Shown piece by piece: positions 1 to 10,821 of a stretch of DNA of 64,000 nt. Numbering within the stretch: position 1 is the stretch's first letter; the number at the start of each line of letters is the position of its first letter. The notes beneath the pieces are model-generated. The model had not been told where the DNA came from. It saw only the letters and a program-made list of their open reading frames with translations, and did not search any database. A program made the translations under genes and the position numbers. The stretch is from assembly GCA_029258795.1 (NCBI GenBank), contig JAPDKB010000004.1, positions 67,420 to 131,419 of the forward strand, written 5' to 3'. The DNA is from an archaeon (GTDB lineage Archaea; EX4484-52; WAPT01).

Positions 1-40
1 GGAGTGGGTTTCTGTTATAAAAACGGAGTACTCGCGAAAG

Positions 41-88
41 AGGGTCAAGGGTATTCTCTGACCCTTCCTATTTTTTATTTTTCATTTT
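41..88 (+). terminator. Possible terminator: AGGGTCA/TGACCCT hairpin followed by a T-rich tract
   Basis: 7-bp inverted repeat at 41-47 and 59-65, then CCTATTTTTTATTTTTCATTTT. Confidence 0.35.
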
Positions 89-195
89 AGGAAATTTTTC
101 CCATTTATACTCTCAATATATTTAAATAATGAAATACCAAAAAAGAGAGAGGAGTGTGCAACATTCATAAAGATTTTTCGTGAGGGTATATAACT

Positions 196-3100
196 ATGGT
201 GAGCAGAGAGCAACATTTCACTCTTGTTGTCTGGACCTCGCTCTTACTTGTTCTGCTCGCTACTCGATCGTTTGCGACGGGCTTTTTAATAGCGACTCCA
301 GAACCCTCAACGCCGTGTTACAACCAATCTTTTTACTCAACCGCACAAAATTTAGCTTCGGAATTTAACACAACGCTGGTGGAATTTAATTGCACAAACA
401 TGTCAACACTTAAAACTGCTTTGAGCTCGTATTTTTTGAACTATACAATGCTATATGTTGTTATGCATCCCGCCAATTTGACTCCGGATTTCCTCGATGC
501 GCTGTACCTCTCGTTAAAAAATGTTGATGATGACCCCTACTTGGACTTCGCTTACTCCATCATAACCGGCAAGGACAACACCACCGCGTACAACTTTTTC
601 AAGAGGAACGCTTATGGTTTTTCATCATCCCAACTCTACATCTCCTGTCCGGCTGAAACCTGCGTTCATGAGGCCAACTACCTCCTGTCTCTCTATCCCT
701 CGGCCATGCACCACTTCCACCCGAATGCAACCGCATCCAACCTTCAGAACAACTTCTTCGGCGAGGGTTCAAAGCACTGGCTCTTTTTGTGTTCAAACAA
801 ATCAACAAGCTCCGAGGTGTACATGGACGGCAACTCCCAACTTTATGCGAACTCAAGCTTGAGGTGGTTCGCAACCGATGGAGGAGCACTTGAGATGGCA
901 AACACCGTGGCATTCCTGCCAACCTCCTACTCGGCAAGAATTGCTGGCACATCCTCCAACCCCAGCGAGATAGGTGCAAATCCAGCGGGAAGTGGCGTTT
1001 CATCCCTCTTGATGTCATTCACGAATGAGGGTTCCCTCTACTTTGGCTTGCACTCCTCCAAACCGTCTGGCTTGAATGCAATCTTCACACCAGTGCTCAA
1101 CGAGCTGTTTTCAGGAAGGGAGAGTGCTCTTGGAGCGGTTAAGCTTCTGAAGGACTATCTCATTCTGATGGAAGAAATGGAAGGTGGTGTGAACACAACT
1201 CTAATCGACTTTCTGGCCTCCAATCCGGTTATAGCGGGAAGAGACATCAGCATTGATAACGAGAAAACTAACGCACCATACTCCTATGCCATGGACAAAG
1301 TTCAGATCAATGCAACCGTGCCCGTCTCAGCAGATATATGGTGGAACACGACCGTCAACGTGACTTTCAGCTCAGCTTCACCTTTGGTTGAATGCAGCAC
1401 TTCTGGATGCATCTTCAAACCTTCCCCATTAACTCTCTGGATGATAAACGCAAGCACTGAAAACAGCACATACAACATTACTTTCGTTGCAGCCATACCG
1501 GGCAGAATAACACCGGAAAACAGCATTATCAATATAACCGATCTGTGGATTGAAAGCACGCCAACCACTCTTAAGGCGTTCAAGCTCGTGACCAACACAA
1601 CATCATACACGCTGAGCGTCGCTGATGACGTGACCAGAAACAGAGCTATGATTGGGCATGACGAAAACTCAATAATCTTTGCCCTGCTCACCACACCCAA
1701 CCAGAGCTTGAGCACACAAACAGTAAAGTTCACAGCACGGTACTACACCCGTGGAATAACAATGGATGTTGTCAGCGAGAGATGCTCCGACAACAGAACG
1801 GAGGTGAGGATCAAGCTGTTCAACCCATTAAGCGTCTCTGTAGAGAACGTCACTTTCAATTACACTCTTCCGAGCTATGCTGTGCTGAGAGACGTTATCA
1901 ACGCTTCATACGCTCTCAACGGAAACGTTGTGAACATGCGAATACCATCTTTACCTCCGGGAGAGACGTACATCACACTTATCTATGAGTCGAGGATTTC
2001 CATGATCAACCACACATTCTCAAGACCAACTAAAACTTACAACAGGGGAGAAACGCCCGGTTTCAACATAACTTTGGATTATAACGGAAGCGCGTCCATC
2101 AACCTCACCCTGCGGGCCATAGACGCTCTGAACACCAACTTCTGGAACTACACCGACAGTGTTTCGTTCACAAACTCGATCGAGCTCAATTACACCACAA
2201 CCCAGCTCTCCGCTAACCATCCAGACGGTGTGAACACGATCATAATCGAAATCTATGACAACTCCAGCGGAAAGATCCTCAACAACTACACCATAACATT
2301 CACATCAACATCACAGCTGAAACTGGTCTCATCCAATGGAACCATCAGCCTTAGCAAGGATGCGTACACAAACGCATCCAAGAAGTATTTTTATTTTGTT
2401 GCTGATTCAGTGTCCATAACCGGCTCGGTCAGAAACTACAACAATGGAAATGTGAGCAACGCAAGTGTGACCGCTACCATTGCCGAGATCAACGTTACGA
2501 ACAGCACCCAGACAACCTCAAAGGGAGAGTACATAGTGTATTTGTCGTGGAACACATCTTATGTCGGAAGCGCCACATTGAGGGTGTGTGCAGTGGATGA
2601 TTACAACAACTCCGCCTGTTACTCCCTCAGCATCAGCATAACCAGAAAGCTCAGCAATGCCTGCCCATCCTTCAACGTAACCCCTACAGCGCATAACGAA
2701 TACGTGTTCAACGATGAGGATGAGATTTTCCTTATGGTTAGCGCTGTTGATCCTGATGGAAATCCAGTTTATGGAGCGGATGTGAAGATAGAGAATCCAC
2801 AGATAAACACGCAGGGAAGCGTAACTTCCACCACAACGGACGAGGATGGTGCTGCCATCCTCAAAATCATACCGTGGATCGATCATGGAAAAGTAACTTT
2901 AAACATAAGCGTTACAGACCCACTGAACACATCAAGAAAGATCTACCTCCAGAAGAACTTCACCATTATAGACATAAAGAGGTGGAGCTACAATGATAAC
3001 AGCAAGACCATAATCTACAAGCAGGAACCCTCTCCAGCAATAGTGGACGACTATGTTACTCTTTACGGAAACATAACTCTGAACTACGGAAACACAAGCT

Positions 3101-4398
3101 TGATAACCTCAAGATTCATTTCGTATGTGCTGATGGCGGAGGGTTCTGATGTGACAGAAGCATCGGATTGCACCATAACTGATTCACCCTCTGGCACGGA
3201 CAGCACCTTTGCCATTAAGTGCAAACCAAGAATGAAAGCTGAGCATTGCCTGAAAATGAACGTTTCTGTGAGTTATGATGGCGTCACAATCCATGAGTAC
3301 AATATCCCTTACTGTTTTGACGTTACTTCCAACCAGAGCACAACCTCCACCACAACCCAACAGAGCACTCAGCAAACAACAACCATGTTAAGGACTTGCG
3401 ATAGTAATGAGGACTGTGAGATGGGAGAATACTGCTCATCAAGCGGTTTTTGCGAGCCCTTGGAATGCGAGAGCAATGAAATAATCTACAACCATATGTG
3501 CGTGTCTCCCAACGACCTGTACAAATTAGTTATAAATGTGCCAAAACTGGTGATAAAGAAGAATTCATCGGCAGTTTACAACATCACCGTCAGGAACACT
3601 GGTGTTAAGAGGTTAACTCAGGTTAGTTTACATTTAACCTCCGCGTACGTTTCATGGAAGGGATGGTACGCATTCATCGGCTCGAACACCGCAAGCGAGA
3701 TCGAGCCCGCAAAATCCCACACATTCACAATCAAGTTTAAAGTTCCAGCGAATGTGAGTGCGGGCGCTTACCCGATAAAAATATGGGTTATGACCAAAGA
3801 GAATCTGCAGAAGGGAGTGGAAACCACTCTTTATGTTGCTCCTATAGAGGAGGATATCTTGAGCTTCAATTCCACCGTACAGGAGTTGCTTTCCAATGTT
3901 TCCTTGCTGGAGCAAACCATCCTCGAGCTCATGGAGGAGGATGAGGAGAACACCACTCTATTGAACTCGCAACTTTCGAAATTAAAACAAGCTGAGGAAT
4001 TGCTCAACCAGTCGATTGATTTTGCCAGAAAGAATGATTATCTCTCCGCGTTCATTAAACTGGAAGAAGCGCAAAAAATACTGGATGAGGTTAATTCAGC
4101 TGTCACTCAAGAGGCAGCCAAAATCGAGACAGAGAAAAATAAAAAAAGAAAATATGCGGTTTACATCACTCTGATTTTGATAATTGTGGTTGTGCTCTAC
4201 TATCTTTGGACACCTCCGAAAGAAGAAGTCAAGTTGACCTATTCTTACCACGGAAGCAAGAAGCGGCATCATGACATAATAAGCGAGATTAAAAAGCATA
4301 TCGAGAAGATAAAGAAAGCTCTATCCAAACTTAGCAAATCGGAGGAAAGGACAAGACCTCGCTACAATTACCACAGAAGAAAGAGGTGGAGCTCTTGA
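196..4398 (+). CDS. Large cell-surface glycoprotein: signal peptide, degenerate C25-peptidase-like N-domain, Ig/CARDB-like repeats, Cys-rich module, coiled coil, C-terminal TM
   Basis: 1400-aa ORF; many N-x-S/T sequons; DDDPYLD..IITG motif; Thr/Gln linker; C-terminal hydrophobic helix and basic tail. Confidence 0.8.
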   Translation: MVSREQHFTLVVWTSLLLVLLATRSFATGFLIATPEPSTPCYNQSFYSTAQNLASEFNTTLVEFNCTNMSTLKTALSSYFLNYTMLYVVMHPANLTPDFLDALYLSLKNVDDDPYLDFAYSIITGKDNTTAYNFFKRNAYGFSSSQLYISCPAETCVHEANYLLSLYPSAMHHFHPNATASNLQNNFFGEGSKHWLFLCSNKSTSSEVYMDGNSQLYANSSLRWFATDGGALEMANTVAFLPTSYSARIAGTSSNPSEIGANPAGSGVSSLLMSFTNEGSLYFGLHSSKPSGLNAIFTPVLNELFSGRESALGAVKLLKDYLILMEEMEGGVNTTLIDFLASNPVIAGRDISIDNEKTNAPYSYAMDKVQINATVPVSADIWWNTTVNVTFSSASPLVECSTSGCIFKPSPLTLWMINASTENSTYNITFVAAIPGRITPENSIINITDLWIESTPTTLKAFKLVTNTTSYTLSVADDVTRNRAMIGHDENSIIFALLTTPNQSLSTQTVKFTARYYTRGITMDVVSERCSDNRTEVRIKLFNPLSVSVENVTFNYTLPSYAVLRDVINASYALNGNVVNMRIPSLPPGETYITLIYESRISMINHTFSRPTKTYNRGETPGFNITLDYNGSASINLTLRAIDALNTNFWNYTDSVSFTNSIELNYTTTQLSANHPDGVNTIIIEIYDNSSGKILNNYTITFTSTSQLKLVSSNGTISLSKDAYTNASKKYFYFVADSVSITGSVRNYNNGNVSNASVTATIAEINVTNSTQTTSKGEYIVYLSWNTSYVGSATLRVCAVDDYNNSACYSLSISITRKLSNACPSFNVTPTAHNEYVFNDEDEIFLMVSAVDPDGNPVYGADVKIENPQINTQGSVTSTTTDEDGAAILKIIPWIDHGKVTLNISVTDPLNTSRKIYLQKNFTIIDIKRWSYNDNSKTIIYKQEPSPAIVDDYVTLYGNITLNYGNTSLITSRFISYVLMAEGSDVTEASDCTITDSPSGTDSTFAIKCKPRMKAEHCLKMNVSVSYDGVTIHEYNIPYCFDVTSNQSTTSTTTQQSTQQTTTMLRTCDSNEDCEMGEYCSSSGFCEPLECESNEIIYNHMCVSPNDLYKLVINVPKLVIKKNSSAVYNITVRNTGVKRLTQVSLHLTSAYVSWKGWYAFIGSNTASEIEPAKSHTFTIKFKVPANVSAGAYPIKIWVMTKENLQKGVETTLYVAPIEEDILSFNSTVQELLSNVSLLEQTILELMEEDEENTTLLNSQLSKLKQAEELLNQSIDFARKNDYLSAFIKLEEAQKILDEVNSAVTQEAAKIETEKNKKRKYAVYITLILIIVVVLYYLWTPPKEEVKLTYSYHGSKKRHHDIISEIKKHIEKIKKALSKLSKSEERTRPRYNYHRRKRWSS

Positions 4399-5399
4399 AA
4401 AAGAACCACTTTGAAATTGTGGAAGCTTTGACTGGCTCAGCGGTGGTGTCTCTTTCATTCTATCTGGCGTGGAGCGCTGGAGTAACCGAATGGATAATAA
4501 ATCCCTTCACATCCATTCAGTTGTTGAAAGAAAATTTGCTCATATACATTGTGGCTTCGATTCTTTTTTCCATGGGCGCTGCATTAATAGGCAGGCTGTG
4601 TTTTAACGATAGCACTAAATCCTCAACATTATTGCTGTTCGTTCTGATACCTCCCTTCGCCATCCTCACATTATTTGGTGTCCAGCTAACCTCCTTCATG
4701 CTTGCAATCGGATGGGTTCTCTTTTCAATACTGTTCTGCAGGGAAATAAGAACGGAGGTTGAAGCGTACAAAAAACCAAGAATTTACAATATAGCTTCAA
4801 ACTCGTTCAAGAGAACTTTTTTACTGTTTTCTATTTTTGTTGCGCTTTCTGTATATCTTTTTTTCATTTCCTCACCCAAAACAACAGAAAAAATTGTCGC
4901 TAACTCGATTCTTCAGGCCACAGAATTCAGCGGCGATTTAATGAAAGGTGTAGAAGAAACGCAAAAGACCATGGCATTACAGCTTGTAGATTCGGTTGAG
5001 GGTGCGTTTATACTGGCGGCATCATCTTACATGAGCGAGGGATGTAGAGAGGAATTGAGGCAGATTTATCCTGTGGTGGACAACATTACAAAAAGTGTTG
5101 TGATCAATGGAATGGAGTCATCTGCGATGAGTAAGGAAGAAATGACCAATATGATTTTGAGCCAGATGAAAAATATGGAGTTCTATCAGCAATCCATTAA
5201 ACTGGTTCCAATAATGGTGGCTGCATTCGCTTTCTTCGTAGTGGAGATGATAAAAAGCATTGTTTTAGCACCACTGATTGGTATGTTCTCATTACTTTTC
5301 ACCCGAAAAAGAAGAAAATCCAATCGATCAACGAGAAATCCAACTAAATCCCGAGAACCCTCCGAGACCGAGATTTACGGAGCAGAGACTTACATTTAA
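4386..5399 (+). CDS. Multi-pass membrane protein, hypothetical
   Basis: 337-aa ORF with several hydrophobic helices; overlaps the upstream stop. Confidence 0.7.
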   Translation: MELLKKNHFEIVEALTGSAVVSLSFYLAWSAGVTEWIINPFTSIQLLKENLLIYIVASILFSMGAALIGRLCFNDSTKSSTLLLFVLIPPFAILTLFGVQLTSFMLAIGWVLFSILFCREIRTEVEAYKKPRIYNIASNSFKRTFLLFSIFVALSVYLFFISSPKTTEKIVANSILQATEFSGDLMKGVEETQKTMALQLVDSVEGAFILAASSYMSEGCREELRQIYPVVDNITKSVVINGMESSAMSKEEMTNMILSQMKNMEFYQQSIKLVPIMVAAFAFFVVEMIKSIVLAPLIGMFSLLFTRKRRKSNRSTRNPTKSREPSETEIYGAETYI

Positions 5400-5424
5400 A
5401 ATGTTTCGTGGTCAAGCTTTCCCT

Positions 5425-5787
5425 ATGAGACCTTTTTGCGAGATAGTGGTTGGAAGGATATTCCCCATCCTCAGAGCGCTTCTGGCGAGAGAACTTGAAA
5501 AGATGGGCCATACGCAGGTGGAGATAGCAACATATTTGATGATAACCCAGCCAGCAATCTCCCAATACAAACGGAGATTGAGAGGCAAAAACGCAAAGCT
5601 GCTGGAGGATGATGCAGCGTTCATGAAAGAGATAAGAATCTCCGCTACACGAATAGCGAAGAACAAAAACGCCTATGCTGCTGAAATGTGCAGATTGTGT
5701 AAACTCATAAGGGAAAATAAATTAATCTGTAATTTTTGTCCTGATGCCGAGTTTAGTAAAGATGTGTGTAAGGGTTGTGTACCCTAA
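5425..5787 (+). CDS. Predicted HTH transcriptional regulator (COG2522-like)
   Basis: PFCE..PILRALLAREL..TQVEIA..ITQPAISQY; C-terminal Cys cluster; start moved to ATG 5425. Confidence 0.8.
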   Translation: MRPFCEIVVGRIFPILRALLARELEKMGHTQVEIATYLMITQPAISQYKRRLRGKNAKLLEDDAAFMKEIRISATRIAKNKNAYAAEMCRLCKLIRENKLICNFCPDAEFSKDVCKGCVP

Positions 5788-5847
5788 CATACATTTTTAA
5801 AATTTAACATATTGCAAGAATTTGCAAGAATTAAAGGTGCTGTTAAT

Positions 5848-6960
5848 ATGGCGAAAAAAACCAAAAAAACAGATGTAAAAAAGACCGAATCTAAAAAAAA
5901 GACAACTGAAAAAACAACAAGACAGAAAAAAGAAGTGAAAAAGGAAGTGCAAAAGCCGAAACCAGCAAAAAAACAGGAGGTAAACCTCTGGAAGACAGCA
6001 AGCGGAATTCTGTTTGTGGCGTTGATGTTTGTAGTTGCATGGAGTTTCACCAGACAACCAGTGCAGCCACAAACTCAGGATGAGCTAATATTCATCTCAT
6101 CAAAAGCATGCAGCATCTGTGGAAACTACAACTCAACGATGCAGGAAATTGCAAGGATGCTTGATGTTCCATACAAGCAGGTGGAATTCATCAATCCAGT
6201 TAGCTTTCCAGGGTTCGTTCTCATAAAAAATAACACATTGTCGATCTCTGGCTTTGAAAACGAGGAGCAGCTCTACCAGCTGATGTGCATGATAACCAGC
6301 GACGAAGAGGTGTGCGCAGCTTACAGGAAATTGCTGGAGGAAAGCACGAACAAAACAGAAAAGCCAGTGGTGAAGTTCTTCGTGATGAGTTTCTGTCCGT
6401 TCGGACAGCAGATGGAATCTGTGATATATCCCGTCTACCAGAAGTTCAAGGAGCTTGCAAGCTTCGAGCCTCACTACGTCATCTACAGCAATTACGGGGA
6501 TTACAATACCACATGTATAGATAAGGATAAGAAATACTGCTCAATGCACGGGCTTGATGAGCTGATAGAGGATGTCAGGCAGCTCTGCATACACAAATAT
6601 TACCCAATGGATGTCTGGTGGAACTATGTGATGTATGTGGACAACAACTGCAGCCTGGACAACATCAACACATGCTGGAAGGATGCAGCAAATCATGCGG
6701 GAGTTGATACTACTAAGGTTGAGCAGTGTGTGAAGGAAGAAGCCACTCAGCTGCTTGAGAAAGAATTGCAGCTCAATGCTCAGTACGATGTTAAGGGCTC
6801 ACCTACCGTGTTCATAAATGATCAGCTTTACAGGGATGAGAGAACTCCAGACGCATTCCAGCAATCACTCTGTAGGAGCTTCATAACCCCGCCAGAAGAG
6901 TGCAACACATCAGTGGACGCTTCAGCAACAAGCGCAGCATCTGCCGGAAGCTGCGGATGA
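5848..6960 (+). CDS. Membrane-anchored thioredoxin/DsbA-fold protein
   Basis: Lys-rich N-terminus, TM helix, CSIC, FFVMSFCPFG and GSPTVFIN motifs; ATG 5848 after GGTG. Confidence 0.8.
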   Translation: MAKKTKKTDVKKTESKKKTTEKTTRQKKEVKKEVQKPKPAKKQEVNLWKTASGILFVALMFVVAWSFTRQPVQPQTQDELIFISSKACSICGNYNSTMQEIARMLDVPYKQVEFINPVSFPGFVLIKNNTLSISGFENEEQLYQLMCMITSDEEVCAAYRKLLEESTNKTEKPVVKFFVMSFCPFGQQMESVIYPVYQKFKELASFEPHYVIYSNYGDYNTTCIDKDKKYCSMHGLDELIEDVRQLCIHKYYPMDVWWNYVMYVDNNCSLDNINTCWKDAANHAGVDTTKVEQCVKEEATQLLEKELQLNAQYDVKGSPTVFINDQLYRDERTPDAFQQSLCRSFITPPEECNTSVDASATSAASAGSCG

Positions 6961-7010
6961 ATGATCAAGTGACGTTTTCTTTTTATCATTTTTTTACAAT
7001 TTTTCTGTAA

Positions 7011-9050
7011 ATGAAAACACGATTCAAAAACTCGAATGAGTATTATGAGCACTTCTCCAGGCTGGTGGAGATTGAAAGAAAGGAAGAAATGAAGCTACAC
7101 CTACAGGAAATGAAAAAGCTGAGCGGGGAGGAAAGAGAGAGGAAAGGAAGAGCCCTGACCGAGTTGAAAGCGAGATTTGAGGGCACCCTTCTGTTCAAGT
7201 TCGTGTATTCTTTCAGGAAAGTTGGTAAGAATAAGTTGCCAGAGAATGAAATCAAGGTAGGAGATGTTGTGCTGGTTAGCAAAACGCACCCCCTCAAAGA
7301 TGGCAAAGAAGGAGTGGTCATCGAGAAAACGAAGTACAGCATGTCTGTGGTTTTTGATGAGAGGCTTCCACCCTCATGGAGGAAAGCCAAGCTTAGAATT
7401 GACCTCTACTGCAACGACACAACATTTCAGAGAATGAAATCTGCGCTTCTCAAAGTAAAGGACGGAAATATGGAGTTCAGCATGCCTATTCTGCTGGGTA
7501 TGAAAAACGCGAGAATCAATGTTGGTGAAGAAGAGAAGATAGCGTATTTCAACAAAAAGCTCAACCCGAGCCAGAGAGAAGCTGTTGCGAGAGCTTTGAT
7601 TACCGAGCCCCTCTTTCTCATCCACGGTCCACCCGGAACGGGCAAAACCACAACATGCGTGGAGATAATAAAGCAGCTGGTTGCAAGAGGAAAAAAGGTG
7701 CTTGTTTGCGCTGACTCAAACGTGGCTGTGGACAACATAGTGGAAAAGATTGCAGATAAGGTTTATGTTGTTAGGATAGGGCATCCAGCCAGAATCTCAA
7801 AAAAGCTTCATGAAACTTGTATAGACCACATCATAGCGTGCAGTGAGGAGGGCATGCTCATAGAGGAGCTCACAAGAAGAATTGAAAAGCTGAAGGAGAA
7901 GAGGGATGTGTTGACAAAACCCACGCAATCAAAAAGGCGCGGCTTGAGTGATGCGGAAATACTCAAGCTTGCGAGAAAATCAAAGGGAAAGAGGGGACTG
8001 AGCCAGAAGGAGATAAAGGAGATGGCACTGTGGATCACTCATACCAGCTCCATCCGAGCTCTTGCAAAGAAAAGGGAAGAACTATTTGAAAAGGCAGCGA
8101 GAAAGGTGATACGGAATGCTCAGGTTGTATGCACAACCAATGCCGGCAGCTATGCCGAAATCATGCAGGACGAGAGGTTCGATGTGGTTGTTGTGGATGA
8201 GGCAACGCAGGCAACAGAACCATCATGTTTGATGCCTTTAACCAAAGCTCCAAAAGTTATAATGGCTGGGGACCACAAGCAGCTGCCTCCAACCATAATG
8301 AACGAGGAAGCGAAGGAGAAAGGATTGGGCGTGACGATGTTTGAAAGATTCATGCAACTCTACGGAAAGAAAGCTTCCATAATGCTGGAATATCAGTACA
8401 GAATGCACCCGTTGCTTGTCGAGTTTCCAAACAGGAAATTCTATGGGGGGAAGCTGAAATCGGATAAAAGCGTTCTGGACATGTCCGTGCAAGAGATCAT
8501 CAAGAAAAAAGTAAAGGTGAAGGATAAGCTTGATAAGGCATGCTTCTCCCCAATTCCGCTGGTGTGGATTGATATAAGGCATGTGCATGGCAGGGAGAGG
8601 AGAAGAGCGGAGAGCACCTCACTTGAAAACATAACGGAAGCGCTGATGGTCAAAAAGCTGGTTGAAAAGCTTCTTGGTGCTGGTGTGAAAGCCTCGCAAA
8701 CAGGTGTGATCACTCCTTACAAAGATCAGAAAGAGTTGATTTCAAGGATGGTTAGCAATGATGTTGAGGTCAACACAGTTGATGGCTTTCAGGGGAGGGA
8801 GAAGGAGGTGATAATCCTATCGCTCGTCAGAAGCAATGAGGAGAAAAGGATTGGTTTTCTGAAGGATAAAAGACGGCTCAACGTTGCAATAACAAGAGCC
8901 AGAAGAAAGCTCATAGTGGTGAGCGATTCGAAAACGGTAGCAGCTTATCCTCTTTATCGGGAATTCTTGCGGTTTGTGAAAAATAAGGCGTTGTATTTGG
9001 AAATAAAGGGAGGAGAGTTCAGCAGGATTTGTGAAGGGAAACACGTTTGA
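7011..9050 (+). CDS. SF1 helicase, IGHMBP2/Upf1/Dna2 family
   Basis: [46 protein letters not shown]. Confidence 0.95.
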   Translation: MKTRFKNSNEYYEHFSRLVEIERKEEMKLHLQEMKKLSGEERERKGRALTELKARFEGTLLFKFVYSFRKVGKNKLPENEIKVGDVVLVSKTHPLKDGKEGVVIEKTKYSMSVVFDERLPPSWRKAKLRIDLYCNDTTFQRMKSALLKVKDGNMEFSMPILLGMKNARINVGEEEKIAYFNKKLNPSQREAVARALITEPLFLIHGPPGTGKTTTCVEIIKQLVARGKKVLVCADSNVAVDNIVEKIADKVYVVRIGHPARISKKLHETCIDHIIACSEEGMLIEELTRRIEKLKEKRDVLTKPTQSKRRGLSDAEILKLARKSKGKRGLSQKEIKEMALWITHTSSIRALAKKREELFEKAARKVIRNAQVVCTTNAGSYAEIMQDERFDVVVVDEATQATEPSCLMPLTKAPKVIMAGDHKQLPPTIMNEEAKEKGLGVTMFERFMQLYGKKASIMLEYQYRMHPLLVEFPNRKFYGGKLKSDKSVLDMSVQEIIKKKVKVKDKLDKACFSPIPLVWIDIRHVHGRERRRAESTSLENITEALMVKKLVEKLLGAGVKASQTGVITPYKDQKELISRMVSNDVEVNTVDGFQGREKEVIILSLVRSNEEKRIGFLKDKRRLNVAITRARRKLIVVSDSKTVAAYPLYREFLRFVKNKALYLEIKGGEFSRICEGKHV

Positions 9051-9651
9051 TTTTTCCTCTTGGCTTCTCCTCCTCGAAAGCCACCACCCTAAACTTATAA
9101 ACTCTCGCATCTTTGCTCTTCCAGCAATCCTTATCCCACAGCCCTGCTTTGAAGCAGAGGTTGGCAAGAAACTCCCCCTTGTCAGGAATCTGTTCCCACA
9201 CCTGCGGGAGGAAAAGCCCTTTGAAGGGACCAATTTCCAGTATCAGCCCGTCTTCAAACGGCACGATTTTATCCAGAAGTTCTTGGGGAGAGCCATACTC
9301 TATCCTTTCCGGGGGTGTAAGCACGGAAACTTCAAAAACAACACCGTCAAGCTCGTCCTTTCTCAGAGGAGGGAAGCGCGGGTCCTCAAATGCAGCTGAT
9401 AAAGTGGAGTTAACGACAGCCCTGCACAGTGGTTTTATTGGATATGGAATTCCTATACACCCCCTCAGCTCATGCTCAGGATAGGTGTGGAGCGTGACAA
9501 AGACACCCATCTTCTCTTTCATGAGTTCGTCAGTTTCCTTAGAGCACAGCTCTTCCTCCAGCTCAAGGGAGCGCTTTTCAAAGCTAATCTCAACAGCTCT
9601 TCTGGCAAGCTTCACCAGCTTTTCCCCAATATTATCAGATAGCTCAAGCAT
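9019..9651 (-). CDS. amrA: AMMECR1-domain protein (AmmeMemoRadiSam protein A)
   Basis: GVFVTL..LRGCIG, AAFEDPRFPP, EVSVLT, GLFLPQV, LCFKAGL. Confidence 0.93.
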   Translation of the reverse strand: MLELSDNIGEKLVKLARRAVEISFEKRSLELEEELCSKETDELMKEKMGVFVTLHTYPEHELRGCIGIPYPIKPLCRAVVNSTLSAAFEDPRFPPLRKDELDGVVFEVSVLTPPERIEYGSPQELLDKIVPFEDGLILEIGPFKGLFLPQVWEQIPDKGEFLANLCFKAGLWDKDCWKSKDARVYKFRVVAFEEEKPRGKIKRVSLHKSC

Positions 9652-9694
9652 ACCTTTTTATTTTTCTTGCAATTAAATTAAGCTTTGTGTTTCC

Positions 9695-9770
9695 GGGCCG
9701 GTGGTCTAGGGGTTATGACGCCGCGCTTACAACGCGGAGGTCGGCGGTTCGAATCCGCCCCGGCCCACCA
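9695..9770 (+). tRNA. tRNA-Val(TAC), CCA encoded
   Basis: Acceptor stem GGGCCGG/CCGGCCC, anticodon arm CCGCG-CTTACAA-CGCGG, T-loop TTCGAAT, 3' ACCA. Confidence 0.97.
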
Positions 9771-9794
9771 GATTAAAAGCTTGGAGGGGGAAGA

Positions 9795-10340
9795 ATGCTG
9801 AGCAGCATTGTACAGTTCATTTTGAGCGCGTTCTGGATCATCCTGCCAGCTTACTTTGCCAACTCCTCTCCAGTATACTTCACTTCAAGAATGAAGAATC
9901 TCCACCCCATCGATTTCAACGGGAAGTTTTTGGATGGCAGACCAATTCTTGGAAAAGGCAAGACGTTTGAGGGCACGATTTCAGGGATAGCGGTTGGTAC
10001 TGTTGTGGGCTGGGTGCAGGTGATGTTGCAAAAATTGGGAGGATTAGGAGTTTACTTCACCTATCAAATGAGCTTGGAACTGGCTTTCGCTCTTGCCAGC
10101 GCTGCTATCATTGGAGACATGATAGGGAGTTTTATAAAGAGGAGGATGGGTAAGAAGAGGGGTGAGGAATCATTCCTGCTTGATACTCTGGATTTCCTTG
10201 TGCCATCTTTATTAGTTGTATACTTAATGGTTGGAATGGATGTTTACACGGCGGCTTTCCTGATGGTGATCACACCTATGGTTCATCGTGCAGCCAACAT
10301 TCTCGCATACAAACTGGGGATGAAGGATGTTCCTTGGTAA
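9795..10340 (+). CDS. carS: CDP-archaeol synthase
   Basis: PAYFANSSPV, PIDF..DGRPILGKGKT.EG, GDMIGSFIKRR, LDTLDF, C-terminal KDVPW. Confidence 0.92.
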   Translation: MLSSIVQFILSAFWIILPAYFANSSPVYFTSRMKNLHPIDFNGKFLDGRPILGKGKTFEGTISGIAVGTVVGWVQVMLQKLGGLGVYFTYQMSLELAFALASAAIIGDMIGSFIKRRMGKKRGEESFLLDTLDFLVPSLLVVYLMVGMDVYTAAFLMVITPMVHRAANILAYKLGMKDVPW

Positions 10341-10821
10341 TCGTGCCACACTTCTAAATCTAGTGATGTGTGTAGGCATAGCGATAGCATCCCTCCTCCT
10401 CTATGCGATTGAGAAAAACACCATTTTCATACTTGCGGGGGAAGTAGTAGTTGTGGGAATACTCCTCAGAACGGATAAACTGACTGTCATGATTTCAAGG
10501 GCCAGCTTTTCGTTGATGAGCGTTGCCACCTTCATCACATCCCAAAACGTTGTTGGAAGCGTGCTTTTCCTTTTCTCAGCCGTTTTTCTGCTCCACAGTC
10601 CCATGTTCCTCATTCTCAACCCTCCATCATCAAAGGTTGTTCTCCGCAGAATCATGGGATCAGCGTTTTTGCTTGTGTTTTTGATGGCGGAAGAGAAAAT
10701 TGCTGTGTCCATACTTTTCGTTCTCTGCTGCTTGTTTCTCCTTCTTCAGGACTATCTCGCACTCAAAAAGAGAGTGAAGCGAGTTTCAAGAAGCGGGCAA
10801 AATACCAGTAAGAAAGCATGA
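10327..10821 (+). CDS. Membrane protein, hypothetical
   Basis: 164-aa hydrophobic ORF overlapping the carS stop. Confidence 0.6.
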   Translation: MFLGNRATLLNLVMCVGIAIASLLLYAIEKNTIFILAGEVVVVGILLRTDKLTVMISRASFSLMSVATFITSQNVVGSVLFLFSAVFLLHSPMFLILNPPSSKVVLRRIMGSAFLLVFLMAEEKIAVSILFVLCCLFLLLQDYLALKKRVKRVSRSGQNTSKKA

